Below, in pieces: positions 53,302-63,581 of a stretch of DNA of 64,000 nt. The stretch comes from an uncultured delta proteobacterium. GTDB lineage: Bacteria; Myxococcota_A; Polyangia; Polyangiales; Polyangiaceae. The notes under the pieces were generated by a model, which worked only from the letters and a program-made list of their open reading frames with translations, had not been told where the DNA came from and did not search any database. The stretch covers positions 502,705-566,704 of the forward strand of contig CAVZIE010000032.1 in NCBI GenBank assembly GCA_963775185.1, read 5' to 3'. The position numbers and the translations under genes are program-made. Positions within the stretch are counted from its first letter, which is position 1. Every line of letters starts with the position of its first letter.

Positions 53302-55398
53302 ATGCGTTGGCGAATCGTGCTCGGGGGGGCGCTGGTGATCGCGGCGACCACCGCCGGCTGCGGCGGCGACGGTGAAAGCACGGCGGGCGCCGGGGGAACG
53401 AGTGGCGCGGCGGCAGCCGGGGCGGCGGCCGGAGACGGCGGCGGCGCCGCCGGTTGGCCGGGTTCCGGCGGTGCAGGCGGCAGCGCCGGTACGAGCGGCA
53501 GCGCCGGCACGAGCGGCGGCGCCGGCACGAGCGGCGGCGCCGGCACGAGCGGCAGCGCCGGCACGAGCGCGTGCGATCCGGGCGGCGCGACCGGCGCCGT
53601 CGGTGGCCCGCCGGCAGACTGGAGCTGGGATCCGTGCTCCGCGCCGCCGCCGGCTGGTTACAACGTCATCCAGGGTACGAGCGGCCCGGACAACTTGACC
53701 GGTACCGCGGGCAACGACTTCATCATCGGCGGCGACGGCGACGACACGATCCACGCGCTCGGCGGCGACGACATCGTGTGCGGCGGCAACGGCGAGGACA
53801 CGATCTACGGCGGCGCCGGCAACGACTTTATCGACGGCGGGGCGCACAACGACGTGATCTTCGGCGACGACGGCAACCTGACCGGCGGCGGCGACGACGT
53901 GATCTTCGGCCGCGCCGGCAGCGACACCATCCACGGCGAGGGCGGCAACGACCGGATCTACGGCGGCATCCTCGACGACACGCTGTACGGCGACGATGGC
54001 GACGACCTGATCATCGGCGGGCACGGCAGCGACCACATGCATGGCGGCGCCGGCAACGATTGGCTGCGTGGCGACACGGGGCGCGACGAGTTCGTCGGCG
54101 GCGCGGGGCAAGACACGGCGAGCTTCGCGACCGCGACGCCGCCAGGGCAGGGCGGGGGCGTGGACGGCGTCGCCGTCGACACCAACGCGATCTACGACTA
54201 CGCCGAGATCAAGGCGCTCAACCAGACCAACGTGAAGGCCGGCCGGGCCCAGGGCGACGGCACACCGGAACCGCTGGTCGGGATCGAGGAGGTCGTGGGC
54301 TCGCCGTTCTCCGACAGCTTCACCGGGCCGGGTACGTTCGCGAGCGGCTACGGCGACAGCGTGTGCTCGCCGCTGACGTTGCCCTACGTCTTCGTGGACG
54401 CCCGCAAGGCCGCGGCGTCGGCCATCACCGACGTCGGGCTGGTCGTGCTCGGCAGCAAGGGCGACGACGATCTGACGCTCTCCGCAGCGAACGGCAGCGT
54501 GGTAGTGACCGCCAACAACGGCGCGACGCTCGCGGCGGGCCCGAACTGCGCGTCCACGCAGCCGAACGTGGTCACGTGCGCGATCCCCGCGACCTTGAGC
54601 TACGTGCTGGCGTGGGGTGACGATGGCAACGACCGCATCACCATGGGCACGACCGGGTGGCCAAACGTCATGACCGCCACGCTCGACGGCGGTCCGGGTG
54701 ACGACGTGCTCGTCGGCAGCCGGGGCGAGGACGTGATGCTCGCCGGCGAGACCGGCCACGACGAGCTGCACGGCGGCGACGGGGACGACGCGCTGATCAG
54801 CGAGGCCGTGAACGGCAACACCGACGGCGACAAGCTGTACGGCGAGGGCGGCAACGACCAGCTCGTGACGGACTACCCGTGCGGCGGCCACTACTACAGC
54901 GGCGGACCGGGCATCGACATCGCAGGCTTCGCCCGCGCCGGCAACCTGCCGATCCGCGCGCAGCTCGCGGGCGCCGCGAGCAATCAGGCCGCCTACGACG
55001 GCCACGCGCTCAGCTACAACTCGAGCACCGGGACGAACGACTGCGGCCAGGCGTCGTGGACGACCTTCGACCCCGCCGGCGATCTCGAGGTGCTCGAGGG
55101 CGCGGCGGGCAACGACGAGCTCTGGGGCAACAACGACCGCAACATCATCTGGGGACGCGACGGCGACGACAAGATCTGGGGGCTCGACGGCAACGACGAG
55201 CTCTGGGGCGACACGGGCAACGACACGATCTACGCAGGCATCGGCGCGGACACCGTCTACGGCGGCGACGGCGTCGACCACATCTACGCCAAGGACGGCG
55301 AGAAGGACCGGAGCTTGAGCTGCGGCGCCGGTGGCGGCGTGCTCGAGACGTACGACAGCGTGGATCTCTCGATCCAGAGCGGTTGCACCTATCAATAG
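53302..55398 (+). CDS. RTX (hemolysin-type) calcium-binding repeat lipoprotein
   Basis: Lipobox TAGC; many GGxGxDxxx nonapeptide repeats (GGDGDDTIHALGGDDIVCGGNGEDTIYGGAGNDFIDGG...). Confidence 0.65.
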   Translation: MRWRIVLGGALVIAATTAGCGGDGESTAGAGGTSGAAAAGAAAGDGGGAAGWPGSGGAGGSAGTSGSAGTSGGAGTSGGAGTSGSAGTSACDPGGATGAVGGPPADWSWDPCSAPPPAGYNVIQGTSGPDNLTGTAGNDFIIGGDGDDTIHALGGDDIVCGGNGEDTIYGGAGNDFIDGGAHNDVIFGDDGNLTGGGDDVIFGRAGSDTIHGEGGNDRIYGGILDDTLYGDDGDDLIIGGHGSDHMHGGAGNDWLRGDTGRDEFVGGAGQDTASFATATPPGQGGGVDGVAVDTNAIYDYAEIKALNQTNVKAGRAQGDGTPEPLVGIEEVVGSPFSDSFTGPGTFASGYGDSVCSPLTLPYVFVDARKAAASAITDVGLVVLGSKGDDDLTLSAANGSVVVTANNGATLAAGPNCASTQPNVVTCAIPATLSYVLAWGDDGNDRITMGTTGWPNVMTATLDGGPGDDVLVGSRGEDVMLAGETGHDELHGGDGDDALISEAVNGNTDGDKLYGEGGNDQLVTDYPCGGHYYSGGPGIDIAGFARAGNLPIRAQLAGAASNQAAYDGHALSYNSSTGTNDCGQASWTTFDPAGDLEVLEGAAGNDELWGNNDRNIIWGRDGDDKIWGLDGNDELWGDTGNDTIYAGIGADTVYGGDGVDHIYAKDGEKDRSLSCGAGGGVLETYDSVDLSIQSGCTYQ

Positions 55399-55416
55399 CG
55401 ACGCCGGGATCCCGAG

Positions 55417-55437
55417 GTTCCGCGCCGGACCGGCAAA
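55417..55437 (+). repeat. 21-bp GC-rich element copy (ggttccgcgccggaccggcaa)
   Basis: Between the RTX gene stop and the giant Cys-rich protein gene start. Confidence 0.7.
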
Positions 55438-55554
55438 CCAGCGGCCTGGATGTGGATCGCGGCGGGACCATAGGGAAATGCAACGGCGGTCCGGGCCCGT
55501 TGACGCGGGGCCCGGGAGCGCCGAGACTGCGTCCCGTTGCTGCCGAGGGCCCCC

Positions 55555-58500
55555 ATGCGTAGAGTCGTCGTACTATTGTCCGCGCTCTTCGCGCTTTGCC
55601 TCGCGGCGAAGGCGCGCGCCGACAACACCGCGGTGTTGCACCCGGTCGCGGATACATCGATCTGGAGCGAGAACCAGAACTCGGACGGCGCCGGTACGTC
55701 GCTGTTCATGGGCAAGTCGAACGGCGGCGCCATCCGCCGGATCTTGATCCGCTTCGATCTCTCGACGATCCCCGCCGGATCCACGATCACCGGCGCGTCG
55801 ATGACGATGAACGTGACGAAGGTGCCCGACACCGCGCCGATCACCGCCTACGCGTACATGTACCGGGTCACGCAGCCCTGGGGCGAGAGCTCGTCGAACG
55901 CCGCCACCGGCACCGGTGCCGCGCCGGCGACGAACGACGCGACGTGGAGCTACCGCTATTATTCTTCCACGGGCTGGAGCACCGCCGGCGGCTCGAACAC
56001 CGCCACCGGATCGGCCTGGGGTTACGCCGGCTACGGCTATATCAACGGCACGCTCGGCGTGAAGACGTTCTACATCAACGCCACGGACATCTCGCACTTC
56101 GTCAATGGCACGTACGCGAACTACGGCTGGCTGATCGTCGACGAGAGCGCGAACAAGACGGCCCGCAAGTACGACTCGCGCACCGGCGGGACGCCCCCGA
56201 CGCTGACGATCACCTACAAGTACCCGCAAGGGCATTCGTGCGCGGCGGGGAGCCAGTGCTCGACGGGATATTGCACCAACGGCGCCTGCTGCAACGTCAA
56301 CGCGTGTTCCGCTGCTGGCGAGTGCTACACCGCCGGCACCTGCCAGGTCGGTTCGGGCACCTGTTCCAACCCGCCGAAGAGCAACGGCGTGGCGTGCTCC
56401 AGCGACGGCAACAACTGCACGGTCGACCAATGCAACGGCTCCGGCGCCTGCACCCACCCCGCCGGCAACAGCGGCGCCGCGTGCCCCGACGACGGCAACG
56501 AGTGCACCAGCGACACGTGCAACGGCGTGAGCACGGCATGCCAGCACCCGAACAAGGGTTCCGGCACCGCGTGTACGGCCGACAGCGACCCGTGCACGCT
56601 CGACCAGTGCAACGGCTCCGGCGCTTGCACCCACCCGGCGGGCAACAACGGCGCCGTGTGCAACGACGGCGACGCCTGCACGCTGACCGACAAGTGCGCT
56701 GCCGGCGTCTGCGCCGGGACGCCGATCGTCTGCACCGCAAGCGATCAGTGCCACGTGGCCGGCACGTGCAGCGGCGGCACCTGCTCGAATCCGCCGGCCC
56801 CGCTCGGGACGGGCTGCACGGCGGACTCGAACCCGTGCACGCTCGACCAGTGCAACGGCTCCGGCGCTTGCACCCACCCGGCGGGCAACGCCGGCGCCCA
56901 GTGCAGCGGCCCCAGCTGCGCGTGCGGCGGCGGCGGTTGCACGGCGACCCTCGCGTCTACCTGCAACGGCAGCTCCACGAGCTGCCCGGCGGCGTCGCAG
57001 GTGAGCTGCGGCGGCGCGTTGTGCAGCGGCAACGTGTGTGCGGGCGGCTGCGGCGTGGATACGGATTGCCTGAGTGGGTACTTCTGCCTCGGCGGCGCGT
57101 GCACGGCCAAATACGCCAACGGCGTCGTCTGCGGCGGGTCCAACTACTGCAGCAGCGGGAACTGCGTCGACAACTACTGCTGCAACACGGCGTGCGCCGG
57201 TGGCGGCAGCGATTGCCAGGCGTGCAACGTCGCAGGCAAGCATGGCACGTGCTCGCCGATCCCGGCGAACACCCTGTGCCGCGCGGCTGCTTCCGGCGGC
57301 TGCGACGCGAACGACTACTGCAACGGGTCGAGCAGCGCATGCACCGACGTCAAGCAAGCGGCAGGGTCGACGTGTCGCGCGTCCGCCGGGAGCTGCGACA
57401 TCGTGGAGACGTGTGACGGCAGCTCCAACAACTGCCCCGGGGACAGCTTCAAGAACTCGAGCACGAGTTGCCGCGCCGCGACCTGCACGGCGGGCGTCCA
57501 GACGAACCCGGCCAGCTGCCCCGGCAACGGCGCCCAGTGCCCCGCGATCGTCACGAAGAACTGTGCGCCCTACGTGTGCGGCGCTACGGCGTGCAAGACG
57601 TCCTGCTCCGGCGACGGCGATTGCTCCACCGGCAACTGGTGCGACGCCGGGACTTGCGTTGCCAAGTACAGCAACGGCGTCGCCTGTGGCGCCTCGAACT
57701 CGTGCCAGTCCGCTCACTGCGTCGACGGCGTGTGCTGCAACCAGGCGTGCAGCGGCCAATGCCAGGCCTGCGACGTCCAGGGCAGCACCGGCACGTGCAC
57801 CGCCGTGAACGGCGACCCGCACGGGACGCGCGCCGCGTGTGCCTCCGACGGCAGCGTGTGCTCGGGCGCGTGCAACGGCAGCCTGACCACGGCCTGTACC
57901 TATCCGGGCAGCTCGACCTCGTGCCGCGCCGCCAGCTGCACCAGCGGCGTGGCGACCGTAGCGGCGAGCTGCCAGGGAGCGGGCACGTGCCCCGCGAAGC
58001 AGACGGTGACCTGCGACCCGTTCGTGTGCGGCGCGACGGCGTGTCTCGGCAACTGTGCGGGTGACGTGGACTGCATCGCCGGCGACTACTGCGCCGGCGG
58101 TGTGTGCAAGCCGCGTATCGACGCCGGCCAGGCGTGCGCGGCCGACCACGAGTGCAACAGCCAGTACTGCGTGGATGGCGTGTGCTGCAACACCAGCTGC
58201 AAGGGCCAGTGCGAGGCGTGCGACGTCTCGGGGAGCGCGGGCACGTGTACGGCGGTCAACGGCGCGCCGCACGGCCCACGTCCGGCGTGCATCGGCGATG
58301 GTTCGACGTGCGACGGCGTGTGCGACGGCAGCAACACGTCGTCGTGCGCCTATCCCGGCGCCGGCAAGGTGTGCCGACAAGCGAGCTGCACCACCGGGAC
58401 GGCGACGCTGATCGCCTTCTGCAACGGGACGGGCGTGTGCCCGCCGTTGCAGCAGCAGGCGTGCGCACCGTTCACGTGCGGCACGACGATGTGCGCCGGC

Positions 58501-59883
58501 GAGTGCCAGGTCGACGGCGACTGCGGGTTCGACGAGTTCTGTTCGGGCGGTCTGTGCAAGCAGCGGCTGGACAACGGCCAGGCCTGCGACGGCGACGTGC
58601 AGTGCAAGAGCAGCCTGTGCGTCGACGGCTCGTGCTGCAACGAAGCGTGCACCGGCCAGTGCGAGGCGTGCGACGTCCCCGGCAAGCTGGGCACGTGCTC
58701 GGCGGTGGTCGGCAATCCAGAGGGCGTCCGGGCGCCGTGCAACAGCGACGGAAGCGCGTGCGGCGGAAGCTGCGACGGCATCGCCCGCACCGGTTGCACC
58801 TACCCGGGGGCGGCGACGGCCTGCCGCGCCGCGGCCTGTAGCAGCAACGTGGCGGTCCTCGGGGCAAGCTGCAACGGCACGGGCTCGTGTCCGCCGGCGC
58901 TGGGCGTCTCCTGCACGCCGAAGACGTGCTCCGGAACGAAGTGCGGCGGCGGGTGTTCCGCGGACACCGACTGCGCGACGGGCAAGTTCTGCGCGGCCGG
59001 CGTGTGCATCACGAAGAGCGCGCAAGGCGATCAGTGCGACCAGGACTCCCAGTGCCAGAGCGGTCACTGCGTGGACAATTTCTGCTGCGACGTCGCGTGC
59101 AGCGGCCAGTGCCAGGCGTGTGACGTGCCGCCGTCGCTCGGCACGTGCACGACGCTGAAGAGCGGTCAGCCGCACGGCGGGCGTCCCGCGTGCTCGGGCA
59201 CCGGGCTCTGCGTTGGAACCTGCGACGGCACCAGCGCCACGGCGTGCACGCTGCCCGACTCGACGGTGACGTGCGGCGCCGCCGCCTGCACCGGCGGCGT
59301 CGTGGTGTCGGCGGCGGCGTGCAACGGCGCGGGCGTCTGCCTGCCGCCCGCGTTCACGAACTGCGCGCCGTACGCTTGCTCGGGCACCAGCTGCCTGTCG
59401 TCCTGCACGGCGGCCAGCGACTGCGCGCTCGGCTACGACTGCGTGGGCGGAGCGTGCGTTCCGGCCACGACGACGGACGCGGGGGCGGCGGGCGCTGCCG
59501 GCGCGGCGGGCGCTGCCGGTGCGGCGGGCGCTGCCGACGCGGGCCTGGACGGCAGCGCCGGCAGCACGCTCGACGCCAGCGCCGGAGCGAGTGGCAGCTC
59601 CGGGAGCTCCGGAACGGGCGGCACCGGCGGAACCTCGGGTAGCGGCGGCACCGGCGGAACCGGCGCTACGACAGGCGGCACCGGCGGCACCGGCGGCACG
59701 GGTGTCGATGCCGGACCGGACGCCGGCAAGACCGGCGGCGCCGCCGACGACGGCAGCTGCGGCTGCCGCGCGCCGGGACGCGGCAGTCCCGGCGGCGGAG
59801 GGGTCGCCCTGTTCGGCCTGCTCGGCGCGGTCGCGATCGCATCGCGCCGCCGTCGGCGTCGCCGCGACGCGCGCGCAGCATGA
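55555..59883 (+). CDS. giant secreted protein: DNRLRE-like N-terminal domain, seven Cys-rich repeats, MYXO-CTERM tail
   Basis: Signal peptide, DNRLRE-like beta-sandwich, seven roughly 95-aa repeats (...CVDGVCCN..C.GQC.ACDV.G..GTC..V.G.PHG.R..C..DGS.C.G.CDG...) and C-terminal DGSCGCRAPGRGS...ALFGLLGAVAIASRRRRRRR. Confidence 0.65.
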   Translation: MRRVVVLLSALFALCLAAKARADNTAVLHPVADTSIWSENQNSDGAGTSLFMGKSNGGAIRRILIRFDLSTIPAGSTITGASMTMNVTKVPDTAPITAYAYMYRVTQPWGESSSNAATGTGAAPATNDATWSYRYYSSTGWSTAGGSNTATGSAWGYAGYGYINGTLGVKTFYINATDISHFVNGTYANYGWLIVDESANKTARKYDSRTGGTPPTLTITYKYPQGHSCAAGSQCSTGYCTNGACCNVNACSAAGECYTAGTCQVGSGTCSNPPKSNGVACSSDGNNCTVDQCNGSGACTHPAGNSGAACPDDGNECTSDTCNGVSTACQHPNKGSGTACTADSDPCTLDQCNGSGACTHPAGNNGAVCNDGDACTLTDKCAAGVCAGTPIVCTASDQCHVAGTCSGGTCSNPPAPLGTGCTADSNPCTLDQCNGSGACTHPAGNAGAQCSGPSCACGGGGCTATLASTCNGSSTSCPAASQVSCGGALCSGNVCAGGCGVDTDCLSGYFCLGGACTAKYANGVVCGGSNYCSSGNCVDNYCCNTACAGGGSDCQACNVAGKHGTCSPIPANTLCRAAASGGCDANDYCNGSSSACTDVKQAAGSTCRASAGSCDIVETCDGSSNNCPGDSFKNSSTSCRAATCTAGVQTNPASCPGNGAQCPAIVTKNCAPYVCGATACKTSCSGDGDCSTGNWCDAGTCVAKYSNGVACGASNSCQSAHCVDGVCCNQACSGQCQACDVQGSTGTCTAVNGDPHGTRAACASDGSVCSGACNGSLTTACTYPGSSTSCRAASCTSGVATVAASCQGAGTCPAKQTVTCDPFVCGATACLGNCAGDVDCIAGDYCAGGVCKPRIDAGQACAADHECNSQYCVDGVCCNTSCKGQCEACDVSGSAGTCTAVNGAPHGPRPACIGDGSTCDGVCDGSNTSSCAYPGAGKVCRQASCTTGTATLIAFCNGTGVCPPLQQQACAPFTCGTTMCAGECQVDGDCGFDEFCSGGLCKQRLDNGQACDGDVQCKSSLCVDGSCCNEACTGQCEACDVPGKLGTCSAVVGNPEGVRAPCNSDGSACGGSCDGIARTGCTYPGAATACRAAACSSNVAVLGASCNGTGSCPPALGVSCTPKTCSGTKCGGGCSADTDCATGKFCAAGVCITKSAQGDQCDQDSQCQSGHCVDNFCCDVACSGQCQACDVPPSLGTCTTLKSGQPHGGRPACSGTGLCVGTCDGTSATACTLPDSTVTCGAAACTGGVVVSAAACNGAGVCLPPAFTNCAPYACSGTSCLSSCTAASDCALGYDCVGGACVPATTTDAGAAGAAGAAGAAGAAGAADAGLDGSAGSTLDASAGASGSSGSSGTGGTGGTSGSGGTGGTGATTGGTGGTGGTGVDAGPDAGKTGGAADDGSCGCRAPGRGSPGGGGVALFGLLGAVAIASRRRRRRRDARAA

Positions 59884-61025
59884 CGAAGACGCAGCGGAAC
59901 GTGATCGCGGCGGCGGGCGTCGCCGCGCTGGCGGCCGCCACCTACCTGGGCCTGCGCGCGCGCTCGGCACCCCGCGCGCCGACGCCGCCAGACGCCAGCG
60001 CGCGCTCGGTAGCGCGGGGCGGCGACGAGCCCGGCCAGCGGCCGCCCGCGCCGCCGCCGCCGCCCAGCATGGTCCCGCCGGGCGCGCCTACGCCGCCCTC
60101 GGATCCGTCCGCGATGAAGGCGGCCACGAGCAAGGCGATCGACGCATTCCTGGCGCGAACGCACTATCCCCCGGAGTCGCGTCCGGCCTCCGAGTCGCCG
60201 CCGCACGTCTTCAGCAACGTCGCGCCCGAAGCGGAGCGCTCGTACGGCGCGGGCAAGCCGGTCGTCAGGCAGAGCCAGGACCAGATGTTCGTGACCGGCG
60301 GCATGGTCGCAACGGCCACGTTCACGGTCCTCGTCGACGGGCAGCCGCACGCGGTCGACTCGTCGTCGGCGATCATCACGACCAAGGACGGAACCGTCGG
60401 CAAGGCGGTGTTCAAGGACGACGGCGTGGCGCCCGACGTCGCGGCCAACGACGACACGTACACGGCCGCCGTCGCGTTCCCCGCGGACAAGCTGGGCGAC
60501 ACCACTGGCCGGGTCATGCTGAACGTCACCGTCCACGTCGGACAGGACCAACTGCCGGTCGATTTCGGTTTCACGGCGACGGGCAAGCCGCCGGCGCGCT
60601 TCACCGGCAAGATCATCGACAAGCAAGCGGGCGGCTCGCTGGCGCTCTACGTCGACGTCGACGTCGAGCAGCCCGGCCCGTATTCCTTCGTGGCCGTGGC
60701 CAACGACGCCACCGGCAAGCCCGTGGCCCGGATGACGAAGTCCGCGACGCTCGAAGCGGGTAAGCAACAGGTCGAGCTGTTGGCGTTCGGGAAGCTCCTG
60801 CGCGATACGAACGCCAGGACGCCGCTCGTGATCGAGCGCATCGACGGGTGGCGGCTCGCGGTGGACGGCCCGGGCCCGGAGCGCCAGATGATGCTCCCGG
60901 CCACGGGAACGTACCGGACCCGCAGCTACGCGCTCGACGCGTTTTCCGACGCCGACTGGGACTCGCCGGAAAAGCAGAAGCAGCTCGAGCGCATGCGCGC
61001 CGGCCCGCCGAAGAGCCAGCGTTAA
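59880..61025 (+). CDS. hypothetical membrane-anchored protein
   Basis: Start overlaps the upstream stop (ATGA); N-terminal TM helix and a Pro-rich linker; no recognised domain. Confidence 0.5.
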   Translation: MTKTQRNVIAAAGVAALAAATYLGLRARSAPRAPTPPDASARSVARGGDEPGQRPPAPPPPPSMVPPGAPTPPSDPSAMKAATSKAIDAFLARTHYPPESRPASESPPHVFSNVAPEAERSYGAGKPVVRQSQDQMFVTGGMVATATFTVLVDGQPHAVDSSSAIITTKDGTVGKAVFKDDGVAPDVAANDDTYTAAVAFPADKLGDTTGRVMLNVTVHVGQDQLPVDFGFTATGKPPARFTGKIIDKQAGGSLALYVDVDVEQPGPYSFVAVANDATGKPVARMTKSATLEAGKQQVELLAFGKLLRDTNARTPLVIERIDGWRLAVDGPGPERQMMLPATGTYRTRSYALDAFSDADWDSPEKQKQLERMRAGPPKSQR

Positions 61026-61795
61026 CGGCGCGGCGCTACCAGGCGCCGGAGCGCGCCCAGCGCAACGACGAAGAGCACGATCGCGATGGCGAACAGCGGC
61101 AGCGTCTGCGTTGCCAGTGCAGGCGGCGCGCCGGACGAGAGCGCGCCGCGCAGGCCGTCCACCGCGAGCGACAGCGGATTCACGCGGGCCACGGCGGCCA
61201 GCGCCGGCGGCATGTGCGCGGCGGGCACGAGCGCGGTACTCGAGAACAAGAGCGGCATGTTCACGAGATGAACGAACACGGCCATGCTCTCCGGCCGGCG
61301 CGCCGTCAGGGCGATGGCACAGGACAGGCTGCCGAGCGCCGCCCCGAACAAGGCGAGCCCGAGCACGGCCAGCGGCACACTGCCCGGCGACGGCGCGAGG
61401 TGCGCGCCGAGGAGCACGCCCACCAGCAGCACGCCGAGCGCCTGCACGAGCAGCCTGAGCACGTCCGCGCCGAGCTTGCCCGCCAGGATCCACGGTCGCG
61501 CCGAAGGGGCCCGCAACATGCGCATCAAGAAGCCGGTCTGCATGTCGCGGATCAGCTCCACGCCGCACTGGGACGCACCGAACAGCACCGTCATCGTGCA
61601 CACGCCGGGCACGAGGTAGTCCAGGTAGTTGCCCACGAAGCCGATGCGCGCGATGCGGTAGCTCGCGAACAGGAACCCGAACAGCAGCATCCAGATCACC
61701 GGCTGCGCGAACGAGAAGGTGAGCGCCACCGGGCGCCGCACGGCCTTGAGCCAACTGCGCCAGCCGACTGCCAGCGCGACCGCCAAGCCATTCAT
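61022..61795 (-). CDS. ABC-2 type transporter permease
   Basis: Six predicted TM helices with ABC-2 features; overlaps the ATPase gene by 4 nt. Confidence 0.75.
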   Translation of the reverse strand: MNGLAVALAVGWRSWLKAVRRPVALTFSFAQPVIWMLLFGFLFASYRIARIGFVGNYLDYLVPGVCTMTVLFGASQCGVELIRDMQTGFLMRMLRAPSARPWILAGKLGADVLRLLVQALGVLLVGVLLGAHLAPSPGSVPLAVLGLALFGAALGSLSCAIALTARRPESMAVFVHLVNMPLLFSSTALVPAAHMPPALAAVARVNPLSLAVDGLRGALSSGAPPALATQTLPLFAIAIVLFVVALGALRRLVAPRR

Positions 61796-62763
61796 GCGCG
61801 ACCCCGCCGCCGGCGCGCGCCACGCTCGACCGGTTCGACGACACCGACGAGCGACGCGTACGCGGTGTCCAGATCCGGCTCGCGGAGCTTGATCTCGCGG
61901 ACCTGGACGCCGCTCTGCTCGACGGCGAAAAGCACGCGATCGATCGACGCGCCGGCGAGCTCGACGCCGACGACCACGCCGGACGCGGTCACGGCGCCCG
62001 CGCCGTCGATCCCGCGTAGCGCGGTGACGACCGGCGCGGGATCGACGCCGCGGCCGAGCGCGACGTCGACGCGCCGCCGAGCGTGCTCGCGCACCAGCGC
62101 TTCGGGCGTGTCGTCGGCGACCACGCGGCCGTGCGCCATGACCACCAGACGCTGGCAGTGCCGCTCCACGTCCGCGAGATCGTGGGTGAGCACGAGCGCG
62201 GTGCCGCCGCCGCGCGCGGCACCGGCGACCCGCGTCCAGAGCAGCTCGCGCCCGTCGCGATCGAGGCCGGCCGTGGGTTCGTCCAGAATCGACAGCTCGG
62301 GCTCGTGCAAGAACGCCAGGCCGACGTGGAGGCGGCGCTTCAGTCCGCCGGAATACGCCTCCACGCGCTTGTCGAGGTGGGCGTCGAGCCCGAACTCGGT
62401 CGAGAGCGCGGCGAGCCGCTCGCGCGTGCGCCGCCGCGACAGCCCGTGCAGGGCACCGAACAACGCGAGCGTCTCGCGCCCGGTCAGCTCGGGATCGAGC
62501 TCCACGTCCTGGGCGAGGTAGGCGAGGCGCATGCGCAGCGCCCGCGGCGCACCGAGCGGATCTTCCCCGAACACGCGCGCGCTGCCGGCGCTGGGCGCGA
62601 CTTCGCCGGTCAGGATGCGGGCGAACGTGGTCTTGCCCGCACCGTTCGGGCCGACCAACGCGGTGATCGACCCGCGCTCGAGCTCCAGACTCACGCCCTC
62701 GAGTGCCACGACGCCGCCCGGATGGGTCTTCGCGAGATCCGCGACGCGGGCTACCGCCGTCAT
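61792..62763 (-). CDS. ABC transporter ATP-binding protein
   Basis: Walker A GPNGAGKTT, signature YSGGLKRR and Walker B ILDEPTAGLD. Confidence 0.85.
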   Translation of the reverse strand: MTAVARVADLAKTHPGGVVALEGVSLELERGSITALVGPNGAGKTTFARILTGEVAPSAGSARVFGEDPLGAPRALRMRLAYLAQDVELDPELTGRETLALFGALHGLSRRRTRERLAALSTEFGLDAHLDKRVEAYSGGLKRRLHVGLAFLHEPELSILDEPTAGLDRDGRELLWTRVAGAARGGGTALVLTHDLADVERHCQRLVVMAHGRVVADDTPEALVREHARRRVDVALGRGVDPAPVVTALRGIDGAGAVTASGVVVGVELAGASIDRVLFAVEQSGVQVREIKLREPDLDTAYASLVGVVEPVERGARRRRGRA

Positions 62764-62765
62764 GC

Positions 62766-63581
62766 TCAACCCGCGTGGACGACCGTCCCGACGTGTTCGC
62801 CGGCCAGCGCGGCCCCGAGCAGCTCGGGCTTCGCGCCGTTGACGATCTGGAACTTGTCGAGCAGCCGCGCCTCGTCGAGCAGATCGAGGATCACGCGGTC
62901 GAACGGCAGCGTGGCGAGCTCCAACGAGCGCAGCTCTTTCGAGCCGATCTCGCGGATCAGGCTCGCGGACGCGTCGCGCTTCGGGTCGCGGTCGTACAGG
63001 CCGTCCACGTCCTTGACCAGCGTGAGCGAGCGGCAGCCGAACGTCTCGGCGAGCATGAAGCAGCCGGCATCGGTGCGGTGCGGCGGGACGCGCCCGCGCG
63101 CCGGCGGGTGCTCCCACAGCGAGTAGGGCGGCACGCCGTGGAACACGACGCCGGGCGCCGCCTGGATGAACAGCGGCAGCAGGTGGCCGAGGATCTCGGG
63201 CGGGATGGCGACGACGCCGTAGGGCGCGAGCAGCGCGCCGAGCAGGTGCGCGTTGCCGAGGGCGTCGGCGGCAGTGAGCTGTGCGAGCACGCCGGTGGGC
63301 AGCCCGAGATCGATGCCGATGGCCAGCAGGTGGCGGCTGCGCGCGCCGCCGCCGGTTCCGAGGATGAGCTTGTACTTGTCGAGCGCGCGCGCGATCTCCT
63401 CGACTAGCGGATCGACGAGCCTGCGGCCGGCGTCGATGATCGACCCGGCGCCGATCTTCACGACGTGGACGTCCGGGAGCATGCGCCGCACCGGCGCCTC
63501 CGTAGAGCTCATCAGCGCCTTGTCGAGCAGGCTCTCGCGCATCAAGAGCGAGCGTAGATGGTGACGTTGGTCGTCGCTCAT
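62766..63581 (-). CDS. amino-acid-kinase family protein, molybdenum storage protein (MosA/MosB)-like
   Basis: Motifs VVKIGAGS, GIDLGLPTGVLAQLTAADALGNAHLLGALLA, RVPPHRTDAGCFMLAETFG and NGAKPELLGAALAGEHVGTV resemble Azotobacter MoSto subunits. Confidence 0.6.
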   Translation of the reverse strand: MSDDQRHHLRSLLMRESLLDKALMSSTEAPVRRMLPDVHVVKIGAGSIIDAGRRLVDPLVEEIARALDKYKLILGTGGGARSRHLLAIGIDLGLPTGVLAQLTAADALGNAHLLGALLAPYGVVAIPPEILGHLLPLFIQAAPGVVFHGVPPYSLWEHPPARGRVPPHRTDAGCFMLAETFGCRSLTLVKDVDGLYDRDPKRDASASLIREIGSKELRSLELATLPFDRVILDLLDEARLLDKFQIVNGAKPELLGAALAGEHVGTVVHAG